DNA from: Candidatus Hodarchaeota archaeon
GTDB taxonomy: Archaea; Asgardarchaeota; Heimdallarchaeia; Hodarchaeales; Hodarchaeaceae
DNA: 47,413 nucleotides
Direction: 5' to 3'
NCBI GenBank assembly: GCA_029856365.1
Contig: JAHQWW010000019.1
Span: forward strand, 1 to 47,413
Part shown: in pieces, positions 1-9,908 of the stretch
Position numbering within the stretch: the first letter of the stretch is position 1
Layout of the letters: the number at the start of each line of letters is the position of its first letter
Notes under the pieces: generated by a model
What the model saw: only the letters and a program-made list of their open reading frames with translations
Databases searched by the model: none
What the model was told of the DNA's origin: nothing
Made by a program: the position numbers and the translations under genes

Positions 1-283
1 GAAAAGAATGACATTTTACCAATGTATTATCTCTGCCACCAAATTCTGCTATTCCAAAATTTCCAATGGGATGAACAGTAAAGCTTGGCCGTAAACTTTG
101 CGCGGAATGGCGAGAAAGGTAAACAATCGAGGAAGTAGAAGAACTAATGGTTGCGATTTCATAATCTGAAAAGATAGATATTGCCTCAACAAATGTTATT
201 TTCTGTTGAAGATGGGAATGAATGAACCGTGCGATATTCATCCCTGCATTATCCTCACGACTGGCTAATAATTGAATGTTCAT
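1..283 (-). CDS. dtdA: D-aminoacyl-tRNA deacylase, archaeal DtdA/GEK1 type (5' part; runs off window edge)
   Basis: Not in the ORF track. Manual translation from ATG at 283 gives MNIQLLASREDNAGMNIA...IVYLSRHSAQSLRPSFTVHPIGNFGIAEFGGRDNTL, matching the DtdA signatures S..D.AG.NI, SRH and TVH..GN...A.FGG. Confidence 0.85.
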   Translation of the reverse strand, partial: MNIQLLASREDNAGMNIARFIHSHLQQKITFVEAISIFSDYEIATISSSTSSIVYLSRHSAQSLRPSFTVHPIGNFGIAEFGGRDNTLVKCHSF

Positions 284-422
284 TTTTACAACCGAAAATA
301 CTTTGAAACTTACATCTTGCTATTTCTTTTGCACCCACATCACAATTTACACATTTTTATTAACAATTTCTTCTCTGGATAAAGATTTCTAGTCTCCCAA
401 TAGCTACGTATAAAAAGCCAGT

Positions 423-472
423 TAGGTGCGCGATATATGTCGGCACGCGATATAAATAGGTGCGCATATAGG
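423..472. promoter_or_regulatory. Three tandem ~17-bp imperfect repeats; candidate PadR operator in the dtdA/padR divergent promoter
   Basis: taggtgcgcgatatatg / tcggcacgcgatataaa / taggtgcgc-atatagg. GC-rich cores in AT-rich DNA, ~80 bp upstream of the PadR start. Confidence 0.5.
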
Positions 473-552
473 TATTAATATCGTTCCATTCCAATATAAA
501 ACGGTTCTTCGTTTTAATTCAGACGAATGACAGCTTAGGGTTTGAAAAATCA

Positions 553-969
553 ATGAGTACAGATAAACAAAGGGATACAACAGAACCAAGGAAGAAATCA
601 ATTATAGTTAAACATTGGGAACGTGATATTCGTCGAGGTTTGCTTCAGTTGATGATCCTTATGCTAATTCGTCTCCGTACTCAAGACGCACATGGATATG
701 GGCTCATAAAGTTGATAAGAGAAACTAATATTGGAATTGATTTGAAGGCTGGTACAGTATATCCTTTGTTAAAAAGAATGGAAGATGATGGAATGATAAC
801 ATCTCATACTGCTGATGATATAGATTCCCCTGGGGTACCCAGAAAAATCTATACAATCACTGAGATTGGTGAGGAAATGATTGAAGAGATGATCGGCACC
901 TATTTTTCCTATCATAATTTTATAAAGAAATGGTATCAAGAGATTGATAACCAAAAGAGAAGGTCTTAA
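553..969 (+). CDS. PadR-family transcriptional regulator
   Basis: RRGLLQLMIL, HGYGLIK, GTVYPLLKRMEDDGMI and RKIYTITEIG are classic PadR wHTH motifs. Confidence 0.93.
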   Translation: MSTDKQRDTTEPRKKSIIVKHWERDIRRGLLQLMILMLIRLRTQDAHGYGLIKLIRETNIGIDLKAGTVYPLLKRMEDDGMITSHTADDIDSPGVPRKIYTITEIGEEMIEEMIGTYFSYHNFIKKWYQEIDNQKRRS

Positions 970-974
970 AGAAA

Positions 975-3158
975 ATGAAATCTATTGATGTTGATGCTAA
1001 ACATTTAATTAGAACGTATATTGACGGTATTGAGGAGTATCTCCGCGAACACACCCGTTTACACCCGAATGAGATTGATGCCCTCCTCAATGAAATCAAT
1101 GACTTTATTTATTTACGAAGTGGCGAGTTAGCAGTTGAAGATCGAGTCCACTATAACGATGTGCTTGGAGCGATTGAAGAATGTGGTTCTCCGAGTGAAA
1201 TTTGCGAACAATATTTGGAACATGACAGAGAAGAGGAGCCAGGACCATTTACCCCGAAAGTATTCTCTTCAGCAGTCCAGCTAGAAGTTAAAGCAAGTCC
1301 AAAATCAGGGTTTAAGCCATCTAAAGATCAAAAAGAAAAAGCTATCTCAATGCAACTTCAGGATGAGATTAGAGGGATCAGGTCTCATTATCGTGGGTTT
1401 CCTCGTTTCACTATTTATCGCATTTGTTTCCTATTCTTTATCGTTCTTCTCGATTTTGCTTTATTCAATTATAATTCTATCATGGTAGGATCTAGGTGGT
1501 ATTGGGGAAGATTGAGTATCAGTCCATCTATTATTCATGAGCATGGTTACTATAGTCTTCGTACAACAACATTTACAGCATTAATTATCGTATTTTGGGA
1601 AGGATTTGTGATCCATAGATGGAAAACAAAGCTGGCCCGAGAGAAAGGATACAATCGTCGCATAGATGATTCATTGATTGTTTGGTTTTCACGTCTTACT
1701 TTTCTTCTGATATTCTTTAAATCGTCATTACTCTTTTTTTCTGCTTATTTGTTGTACATTCCTATATGGTTAATACTCGCATGTATTATTGAGCGGCAGA
1801 TGAAATCTCATTTATGGGAAGAGAAACTTGGCCCTTGGTTAATTTCGTTAGGTTCGACTCTAACAGATCGCCAACATGATCAAAACCAAGTTAATATACC
1901 CTCATTTTGGATCAAATTGAAAGAACAGTTTTCAAGAGTAGAGCAGTGGTTAGTAATAATATTACTAGGAACGCTTTCAGTAACTTTCGCTTTTCCTTGG
2001 ATTATGTTCACAACGTGGAGGAATCAATATGGTGACACTCTTTATGATGTTTCTTTATTACCCTTGGGTGCTATCCTCTTTGCATATTCTAGTTTACTTG
2101 TTATGGTTATCACACTAGGCGCTTTAAGATATTCCAAGATAAAGAATTCTTCTTATCGAAACCCAGATGCTACAGGTGGGTCTGAACTTATTGCTTGGTT
2201 GATGAGATTATTGGCATTAAAAGCGATTCTCATTCTCGACTTCGTCAATGATCCAGTATTTACTTATTTTGGAGCTTTTAGTATTGTTATTGTTCTGATT
2301 GCATCTGAAATTGTTCTAAATACCTATGGTGGCAAAACTTTCAAGCTATGGTTTGGTAATGCTTTAGTCATGTTAGGTAGCTCAAGTTCAGTGTCAAGGA
2401 TCGATGGTAGCAACCAACAAGTCTCTACTAATCACACGATAGAACAATCATCAGTAGCCAAAAGTAATAATTCTGTTTCTCATTCTCAGGAACATGTTGA
2501 CATGGCCTTATCAAGAAAAAGAGTGATGACTGAATCTGGAGCACAAATTTTTTTCACTAAACCAGTGAAGAGCGATAAAAAGCCTTCTCTTATCTCAAGA
2601 TTTTTCAAAGGAATTGGAGAAATTATAAAAGCAATCGTATTGAGCATTTTTATGCTTTTTATCTCGTTTTTTGAAATGATTCTTGCTTTTGTGGTAGTAG
2701 CTACAAGTTTTAATTACAGTGACTCGTTTAAGGTACCAGTTTTTGAATTTAATGGCTCTTATATCTCCTTATCCTTTTATACAGGAGGATACATAATTAC
2801 AGTGTGGCATACTCTCCTTCTCTTGGGCATTCAACTCTTTTTTATCGTAACCTTGCAATGGTATGGTCTTGCAACAAAGAAACCTGAAGGAATAGTTTTG
2901 AAAGTATGTCGAAATTTAACCAGAATTCTCTTAGGGTTGGTTATTATCGGTATATTGGTACACTACTTCTATGATGATGTCTATTCATCCTTAAAACTGT
3001 TAATTGTCTTTGGATTAGTGATTTTTAGCGAGCTAACAGCTTGGAAGGTTCGTTCGGAGAGAAAGAAGTTTGTTCTTCCCACATCTGAACAAGAAGGTTT
3101 TAAGCATGAGAATGAAAGAATAAAGTTAGAAAGAGCTGATTTAACAAAGGCTCCTTAA
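975..3158 (+). CDS. Polytopic membrane protein with N-terminal HAAS-like (HTH-associated alpha-helical signalling) domain
   Basis: N-terminus YIDGIEEYL...EIDALLNEINDFI...AIEECGSPSEICEQY resembles HAAS (GSPxEIA). About 12 hydrophobic segments follow. Starts 5 bp after the PadR stop. Confidence 0.65.
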   Translation: MKSIDVDAKHLIRTYIDGIEEYLREHTRLHPNEIDALLNEINDFIYLRSGELAVEDRVHYNDVLGAIEECGSPSEICEQYLEHDREEEPGPFTPKVFSSAVQLEVKASPKSGFKPSKDQKEKAISMQLQDEIRGIRSHYRGFPRFTIYRICFLFFIVLLDFALFNYNSIMVGSRWYWGRLSISPSIIHEHGYYSLRTTTFTALIIVFWEGFVIHRWKTKLAREKGYNRRIDDSLIVWFSRLTFLLIFFKSSLLFFSAYLLYIPIWLILACIIERQMKSHLWEEKLGPWLISLGSTLTDRQHDQNQVNIPSFWIKLKEQFSRVEQWLVIILLGTLSVTFAFPWIMFTTWRNQYGDTLYDVSLLPLGAILFAYSSLLVMVITLGALRYSKIKNSSYRNPDATGGSELIAWLMRLLALKAILILDFVNDPVFTYFGAFSIVIVLIASEIVLNTYGGKTFKLWFGNALVMLGSSSSVSRIDGSNQQVSTNHTIEQSSVAKSNNSVSHSQEHVDMALSRKRVMTESGAQIFFTKPVKSDKKPSLISRFFKGIGEIIKAIVLSIFMLFISFFEMILAFVVVATSFNYSDSFKVPVFEFNGSYISLSFYTGGYIITVWHTLLLLGIQLFFIVTLQWYGLATKKPEGIVLKVCRNLTRILLGLVIIGILVHYFYDDVYSSLKLLIVFGLVIFSELTAWKVRSERKKFVLPTSEQEGFKHENERIKLERADLTKAP

Positions 3159-3532
3159 GTAGGGATCAACCTTTCATATTCACCCTTTATTTGAGACTTG
3201 GCCCTCCTTCACTTTACTAACACCTGTTAAATTACCAATAATGATACCTTTTTTAACGGGATGGAGAATTTGAAAAAATGGTTGGAAATATCAATGACGA
3301 GTCATAATAGGATGTTTTGTGCTATTTCATTGGCACTCATCACTCTCGTCCCTGTGTTCGCATGAATTTTATTGAAGATTTGTCTGAAATCCAACCATCT
3401 GCTTTTTCTCGTCATTATTTAGCCAAGTCTTCGAATAACTCCTATTAATATGCGGATCTAGTAGCATATTTCAGTGTCAGAGTTCTTTTTAAATGTTAAG
3501 AGGTGATTTAAAAGTTACAGTACAACTAAGAC

Positions 3533-4786
3533 GTGAATTTCATGACCCTAGAAAAAAATGAGAGAATTTATAACAAGCAATTCAGTCGAAATCGATATCA
3601 ACGGAATGTTAGAATATTCCAAATCACTGGATTTGATATTACGGTCTTAATCGTCCCGGTAATTGTCTTGGTCTGGCTAGAAGCTGGACTGGCTTTTCAT
3701 GAGATATTATTACTTCAAGGACTTTTTGTTCTACCCATATTGGTTCTGGAAGTTCCCTCTGGCTCAATTGCCGATTATTGGAGTCGTAAAGGTTGTTCTT
3801 GTTTGTTTCATATCCTTTTTGGGATTGCGATGTTTTTGTATGCGATTGGGGACAATTTCTTCATATTTGCCTTTGCAGAAATGTTAGGAGGCATTGCGGT
3901 TTCGTTCCAAACTGGAAGTGAGACTGCGCTAATTTATGACTCCTTACTTACATTTGATACTAATGTTAATGGTCGTTTTGGTGATATTATTTCCAAGCGA
4001 ATGACAATCATGTTTCTTGGAGGAGCATTCGGTGCGCTTACTGGTGGTTTCATTGGTGCTATATCCGTGATTCAAATGCCTATCATTATTGCTGCTATCG
4101 GTCATTTAACATTTGCTAGCTTAATCTTTTGGGGATACACTGAACCTCCCCGACTAAAAGCTAAGACTCCTGCAGCTGCTGTCATGAAAGCTCTGGGTTC
4201 ATTAAAACACCACACTGAGCTAAAAGCAATTCTAGTTTTCAACCTTACAGGACTTGTTTTCAGTCGGATTGGTTTTTGGGCCGTACAGCATATTTTGGTT
4301 GAAGAATTTCTAATGACCTCTCTCGTTATGGGTTTTGTCCTTGCGGGATTCAATGTTTGTGCTGCAGCAAGTTCATTTCTTATCCGTTCGAGAGTCAACA
4401 TGTTATCAAACTTATGGGCTTTTCTGGTTATAATGATAATAGAAGGAACCTATCTGTTTGTATTAGTGCAGATACCAGCTCTTTTTAGCATTCTTCTTAT
4501 ATCTTTAATGACACAAATAACTCGAGGGATTCGTACACCAATAATGCAAGCACTCATGCAGCAACGTCTTAGATCTGATGAACGAGCGACATTTGTGTCT
4601 CTGATGTCTTTTATTGGTTCTTCATTATATTTTATACTTTCAGTATTCATCGATATCCATGATTTTTCTAGAGAACAGACATTAGTGATAAGTTTGATTG
4701 GTCTGTTTGCAATGATATTACTTTTGCTGGGATTTCAAATAAGAAAATATCAGAAGGTACCAGAAATTCCAGTAATAACGACCTAA
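3533..4786 (+). CDS. MFS transporter
   Basis: LEVPSGSIADYWSRK (motif A variant), GSETALIYDSL and RATFVS; ~12 TM segments. Confidence 0.9.
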   Translation: MNFMTLEKNERIYNKQFSRNRYQRNVRIFQITGFDITVLIVPVIVLVWLEAGLAFHEILLLQGLFVLPILVLEVPSGSIADYWSRKGCSCLFHILFGIAMFLYAIGDNFFIFAFAEMLGGIAVSFQTGSETALIYDSLLTFDTNVNGRFGDIISKRMTIMFLGGAFGALTGGFIGAISVIQMPIIIAAIGHLTFASLIFWGYTEPPRLKAKTPAAAVMKALGSLKHHTELKAILVFNLTGLVFSRIGFWAVQHILVEEFLMTSLVMGFVLAGFNVCAAASSFLIRSRVNMLSNLWAFLVIMIIEGTYLFVLVQIPALFSILLISLMTQITRGIRTPIMQALMQQRLRSDERATFVSLMSFIGSSLYFILSVFIDIHDFSREQTLVISLIGLFAMILLLLGFQIRKYQKVPEIPVITT

Positions 4787-4870
4787 CAACGTTTGTCGAA
4801 AACCTCCCTATCCAGCTTTCTTTTATACGATCTGAGAAAAATAAATAGGAAAGGAAAGATCTAGATTCAA

Positions 4871-5098
4871 TTAAAGGCCTAATTCCTTTTTAATCAAAGT
4901 TTTAAGGATCTCTTTTTGCACCTTTTCCTTTGTTGGAATGTTTTTATCCCCTATAATCTTTTTTCCCACTTCAAGGGCCTTATCTTTAGCGATTTCTTTC
5001 GCTCCAGTTTCCTCTAGAATTTCTTTTACTGCTGTGTTTAATGCTGTAGACATGGCTTCCTTTCCAACGCCTTTTGCTAAGCCACCTATTTTTTTCAT
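4871..5098 (-). CDS. Small Lys/Glu-rich hypothetical protein
   Basis: 75-aa ORF with helical amphipathic composition and an AAGGAG SD-like sequence upstream. Confidence 0.6.
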   Translation of the reverse strand: MKKIGGLAKGVGKEAMSTALNTAVKEILEETGAKEIAKDKALEVGKKIIGDKNIPTKEKVQKEILKTLIKKELGL

Positions 5099-5157
5099 GA
5101 ATAATCAGCTCCTTCTTTCTGAGGATATTGAGGTACAACTCTTCATAAGTTTTACTC

Positions 5158-5706
5158 TTAAATATATGTGAACTCACTATCAGGATGCCGTAACAAGATA
5201 AAATCTGGGTTTAAAATTTCTTCCCTAACAGGAGAATAACGTTCTTGGCGAAATGTATACGGAAAAAATGCCCCTAATCCAAAGATTGCTAATTTTCCGA
5301 CAGGATGGCGTTTTCCAAAGATTGCTAGGGAGATATTTTTGGTTAATTGACGAGTTTCTCTCTCATCAACTACATTAATTGAGTGAATATATTCATGAAG
5401 TAGTAAATGAAAGAGATAAGCTTTGTAAAGTTCCTTTTTCTCTTCAGAATCGGAATTTTCTTCACGCATGACACGGAGGGCTGATTTATTCAGATAGATC
5501 TCGTTTGTTCCTAATCTATGAAATCCACCCACAAAATTACCTCGATCATATCCAAGTTCAACGAGACCTAATAAGATTCCGGGACGAGATTTGTCTAGGA
5601 ATCGGCGAACTATTCTAATTATGGAATTAAATATACCTGAAAAGTCCTCAGGTCCTAGCGAGTTATATTCTTCTTGAAATTCAAGAATTTCACTGTTAGT
5701 AACCAC
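5158..5706 (-). CDS. Zincin-like (HExxH) metallopeptidase-domain protein
   Basis: HLLLHEYIH followed by DERET (candidate third-ligand Glu); no signal peptide. Confidence 0.65.
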   Translation of the reverse strand: MVTNSEILEFQEEYNSLGPEDFSGIFNSIIRIVRRFLDKSRPGILLGLVELGYDRGNFVGGFHRLGTNEIYLNKSALRVMREENSDSEEKKELYKAYLFHLLLHEYIHSINVVDERETRQLTKNISLAIFGKRHPVGKLAIFGLGAFFPYTFRQERYSPVREEILNPDFILLRHPDSEFTYI

Positions 5707-5917
5707 GATTTATTCCCAATTATATTAATTCTAAATTCTATAAAATGACTAGCTTATAGGATTAATTAATTAATTAGAGAGAGTAAAATACTATTTTAAG
5801 ATTTCTTAGGGCGTTTTTATCACCATTATTCTTTACTCTTAATCGAAATAAAATCAATTAGGATGAAACAGTCGTAAAAAGGATTTGAGGGTCATTCTTA
5901 TAATTTATTGGACTGTT

Positions 5918-7513
5918 TCAGTTTTTTATCTTTTCAAATATCGCCTCCTTAGCTACTGGGCTAAATTGATGAAAGATAGAACCCCAGTTGGTGATTACTC
6001 CCTTCTTTTCGGATTTTAATCTGAGGTACTCAATTGTTTCCAAATGAGCACTATGTAAATAGCTGACTGCTAATACTGAAGCACCGACAACAATTGAACC
6101 TAACAGGATGAAAAATAACCCGAGAGTCCACAATAAAAGTAAAACCAAGCCAAAAAGGTCGAGAGTGAATCCTGCAACCTGAATCTGCCCAGTACTCGTT
6201 GGCTGCCGTGCTAAACTCTCAGTTACCTCTACAGCTAGGGCACCTAGGGAGAGAATTCCTGAAAATCCGATGAGAATTCCAAGTCCATCCCTCAAAATTT
6301 TCCCTAGAGGCTTAACAGCAATGATATCGCCTTGGGAACTGATTTGTAGTCGTTTAAAGCCGCCTTCATTAAAAGCCCATATCATAGGATAATAGAGTAG
6401 GATGATAAACAATATAATCGGAGTTAGGAGAGGGCTGAGGGCAAGAGCTTCCATTTTATTATCAATTGACAGTTTAAGAATCGAAAAGATCGGATTAAAC
6501 GCCTCATGGTTTTGTACAAAAAAGATTGTTACAATAGAAGCCAGTGCGGTAGGGAAAACAAGAATATCATACCATCTTTGTTTATACAATTCAACAAACG
6601 TTGATCGAACCTTAGATAAATCAATCACATCCACGAATCGTTCTTCTACATAGAAATCTCCATTAAAATCGAATATGGGTATTATATTCAGGATTCTTCC
6701 AAATTTTCCGTTTAAAGCTCTTAATATCAAGTATGTTAGATACTTACCTCCCAAAACTTTTGAAAGACGGGTGATGACGAGAATGAACGCTGTTAATATT
6801 CCTATTCCCCCTCCTATTGCTACTGTTAATAAAAGTTTCTGTCCAACTTCAGTAAATCCCCACCAAAAATTATCCCGAACCGCGACAATTATCTGTTGGA
6901 ACCAAGAGATCCAACCACGGTTTGTAACATCAAAATAGTATCCAATTTGTTTATGAACTTGTTTTCCCTCTTCTGTCAAAGGTTCTTCTTCTGGGAGTAT
7001 AAATACTCGAGATAATACCTCAAATCTCTCTCTAGCCTGATATTTTAGTGTTATCATTTTACGTCCGATATCGACTCTAAGATCTTCGGGTTTTGCTTCC
7101 ACCTCAAATACTGTACCGTTCCATAAATCTAAAACTAGAACTCCTGATTCTGGAAGAAAATATATTGAACCATTTTCATGCATTTCTTCGAGCTGCCAAA
7201 TATGAAAAGGATCGATTAAATTTTGGTTTTCATCATATGCATTGATAATTCCATCTTCTTCTCTTACCCTTACATCAGGGTAACCGATAGCAAGTTCATG
7301 GTCAAAATAATTTAGACTCCTCCAAGGTCCCATTTCTTGTCGAATATCGATAATAATGTCGCTTTCACGAATATCATAGGGTGTATTGGGAAGAATAACT
7401 GCAGTTGTGATAAAAGATGTGCCAATTAAGGTGAAAATGGCCGAAAAGATCCATATCAGACAAAAGAAAGTCAATTTTGTTTTTCGAGACATAGATGTAA
7501 GACGGTACACCAT
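5918..7513 (-). CDS. Hypothetical membrane protein (N-terminal TM/signal, ~170-aa soluble domain, ~5 further TMs)
   Basis: 531-aa ORF with clear hydrophobic segments and no recognised motif. Confidence 0.7.
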   Translation of the reverse strand: MVYRLTSMSRKTKLTFFCLIWIFSAIFTLIGTSFITTAVILPNTPYDIRESDIIIDIRQEMGPWRSLNYFDHELAIGYPDVRVREEDGIINAYDENQNLIDPFHIWQLEEMHENGSIYFLPESGVLVLDLWNGTVFEVEAKPEDLRVDIGRKMITLKYQARERFEVLSRVFILPEEEPLTEEGKQVHKQIGYYFDVTNRGWISWFQQIIVAVRDNFWWGFTEVGQKLLLTVAIGGGIGILTAFILVITRLSKVLGGKYLTYLILRALNGKFGRILNIIPIFDFNGDFYVEERFVDVIDLSKVRSTFVELYKQRWYDILVFPTALASIVTIFFVQNHEAFNPIFSILKLSIDNKMEALALSPLLTPIILFIILLYYPMIWAFNEGGFKRLQISSQGDIIAVKPLGKILRDGLGILIGFSGILSLGALAVEVTESLARQPTSTGQIQVAGFTLDLFGLVLLLLWTLGLFFILLGSIVVGASVLAVSYLHSAHLETIEYLRLKSEKKGVITNWGSIFHQFSPVAKEAIFEKIKN

Positions 7514-7659
7514 AGTTTTTCATTCCTTATGCTTCAATGAACTTAGGTTTTTGCTAGATAATATTCTCTCTTTAAATTTTTTAACCTTCTTGAATCCCCA
7601 TATTCATAATATGACTTTGGAAAGCAATGAAGCTCTATTTTATATTCGGGATGTTATTT

Positions 7660-8769
7660 TCAAGCATTAGAGTTTAAGAATGGTAATAGAGTAAGTTGTC
7701 CTTTTCCATTCTTCAATGAGGCAACTCGTACGCCAATTAATCGGACTTTTTTTGATGAGGATCTGAATTCCTTAAGGAGTTTGATGGCAGTATCGAATAT
7801 AGTTTCTTCATCTGATAAAAAATTGTTGAAACTAAAACTCCGAGTGTACGTCACAAATCCTTGGAAACGAATTTTCATTGATATTGTTCGTATTAATAGA
7901 TTGTACCTATTGAGTTTTTCTGCCAATCTTGCCACAATTTGTTGAACATTTTTCTCAATGAGTTCCCAATCATTTTGATCTGTACTAAATGTCCTTTCTG
8001 AGCTGATGGATTTCCGGTCTTCACGCCTATAACCGACTTCTCGGTAGTTAATTCCTAAAGCTACCTTCCTTAAATACAGACCATGATCACCGAGGAGAAG
8101 ATACGCTTTCTCTCGAGACAATGATGCAATGTCCCCGATAGTTATTAAACCCCTTTGTTGTAGTTGCTGTTCTGTTTTTTTCCCCACACCAACAATTTTT
8201 CGGACTGGTAGATGATATAGCATTTTTTCAAGATCCGAGTTATGAATAACTGTGATTCCATGCGGTTTATTTAAATCAGAGGCAATTTTTGCGATGGATT
8301 TTGTTTCAGCAACCCCAATAGACACTGAAAGAGCCAATTTTTGATAAATTTCTGATTGAATATGTTCAGCTATCGATGCAGGGGTTGAACCATACTCATT
8401 CCAGTGGTTTGAAACATCTAAATATGCCTCATCTAACCCTGCTTGTTGAAATATCTCTGAATATTTCTGGAGGGCTGTCATTATATTATTTGATTCCTCA
8501 CGATAATGAGGAAAAGATATTTGACTCCCCGAACAGATGTAAATACCATGAGGACACAATTTGTAAGCTTGGGAGATAGGCATAGCAGAGTGAAGACCAA
8601 ATGATCTGGCTTCATAAGAACATGTGGAAACTACTCCACGTCCATTGCCATTATGTGGATCTGCTCCAATAATAACTGGATAATTTTGTAGAAATGGATG
8701 GTTCTTAGTGTGTACACTAGCATAAAAACTATCTAAGTCACAATGTAAGATTACATGGTTCCATTCCAA
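7660..8769 (-). CDS. dinB: DNA polymerase IV (Y family)
   Basis: HCDLDSFYASV, STCSYEARSFGLHSAMP, GLDEAYLD, AKIASDLNKPHG, GVGKKT, RKSISSERTF and RLIGVR. Confidence 0.96.
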   Translation of the reverse strand: MEWNHVILHCDLDSFYASVHTKNHPFLQNYPVIIGADPHNGNGRGVVSTCSYEARSFGLHSAMPISQAYKLCPHGIYICSGSQISFPHYREESNNIMTALQKYSEIFQQAGLDEAYLDVSNHWNEYGSTPASIAEHIQSEIYQKLALSVSIGVAETKSIAKIASDLNKPHGITVIHNSDLEKMLYHLPVRKIVGVGKKTEQQLQQRGLITIGDIASLSREKAYLLLGDHGLYLRKVALGINYREVGYRREDRKSISSERTFSTDQNDWELIEKNVQQIVARLAEKLNRYNLLIRTISMKIRFQGFVTYTRSFSFNNFLSDEETIFDTAIKLLKEFRSSSKKVRLIGVRVASLKNGKGQLTLLPFLNSNA

Positions 8770-8922
8770 TTAAGAACCACCATCCTCCTTGGGACTTTAG
8801 GGTGTTATAAATATACGAACCACTTTAATAAAATATTAAAGATCGGTTTTAACTTTTATTAGACCTTTTAAGTATTTTTTTATTAAAAAAAAGGAAGTTC
8901 TTGAATGAGATTGAATATCTAG

Positions 8923-9642
8923 TCAGCAATCTAGAGTTACTGGAACTTCACCAAGAATTTTCAGTTCCTTTGCTGAAATTGGGTCATAGAAACATTTTAC
9001 AGCGCTTACTTGGACTCCTTTCTGAATAGCTGTTTTTGACACTTGAAAAAAAATGGGGGTCTATTACTTTATTTGGTTTAAAAGAGCAAATATCATTCCT
9101 TTTAACTACAAAAATTATAAATGATTGATATTCTTTGATCTCGATAGCCCTTATCAACTCGTTCAAATGTTTGGAGCCCCTGATCGTTGGTGCGTCTGGA
9201 AAAGCCACTCCATTTTTAACTAATGTCACACTTTTGACTTCAACCAACGCTTTTTGAAGTGTATCAATATTCTTCATCAAAAAATCAAATCTGCTATTTC
9301 CAAAAGTATATTCTGACTGAATAATACGATATTGTTGGAGGCTTGGAATAGCAGTATATTCCTTCTGAAACAACCGATTTGTAATAAAAGAATCGATATT
9401 TCCCCATATTTTACCTTTCTTAACGCCAATCAAGGAGTAAGTGGTTTTTCGTGTACGATTAAAGCTTTATCATAGGAACACTTGAACATTTGGTATAAAA
9501 GTTCTTTTAATCTATCTGGGTCTGGTACATGTGCTTCTACAAGGTTATTTGTTTGGCTTGAAGACTGGATTTCGACTCAGGTTGTAAATCGGTTTGGATG
9601 TTCCTTAAATCTAGCTGAATAGTAGGTTCCATTACACTTCAT
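8923..9642 (-). pseudogene. sfsA: SfsA DNA/RNA nuclease (sugar fermentation stimulation protein), disrupted
   Basis: The core ORF 8984-9433 has SRFDFL, VEVKSVTL and FPDAPTIRGSKHLNEL. Upstream the sequence reads MKCN...FKEHPNRFTT*...EAHVPDPDRLKEL(frameshift)IPNVQVFL**...RKTTYSLIGV. The C-terminus DPHFF|QVSKTAIQKGVQVSAVKC...* needs a frameshift in an 8-nt A/T run near 9050. Confidence 0.85.
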
Positions 9643-9807
9643 TCTGTTCCTAAAGCATGTTTTGAGGTTCTCGATATCTTGTTTTCTTTTATGAGTTAAA
9701 TATATGCCATGGGAAGTTTAATTAGTCATGACTAAAGGTAGAATTATATGTGAAGTGTTTTTCCTTTTCAAGAAAGAAATAAAAACGAAGGGATAATAAA
9801 AGGTAAT

Positions 9808-9838
9808 AATTACTATATACTCAATTACTATATAGTAA
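9808..9838. promoter_or_regulatory. Direct repeat plus perfect 14-bp palindrome; candidate operator
   Basis: aattactatata occurs at 9808 and 9823. ttactatatagtaa (9825-9838) is a perfect palindrome. Lies in the divergent sfsA/TPR intergenic region. Confidence 0.35.
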
Positions 9839-9908
9839 ATAGTAATAATATTATCATAGCTCTTGTTTCAAAGGTTATTTCCCCTAATAAAACTATAGTA
9901 CAAATATA

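Noticed and set aside
3170-3480. Possible gene remnant on the minus strand (MTRKSRWLDFRQIFNKIHANTGTRVMSANEIAQNILL*)
   Set aside because: Short, interrupted by stops, and only vaguely like a kinase C-terminus; not supportable.
5757-5776. attaattaattaatt self-complementary run
   Set aside because: Low-complexity AT sequence, expected by chance.
9560-9585. In-frame TGA in sfsA (and at ~27163) as selenocysteine or recoding
   Set aside because: Accompanied by other stops and frameshifts, not at a recognisable catalytic Cys position, and no SECIS was recognised.
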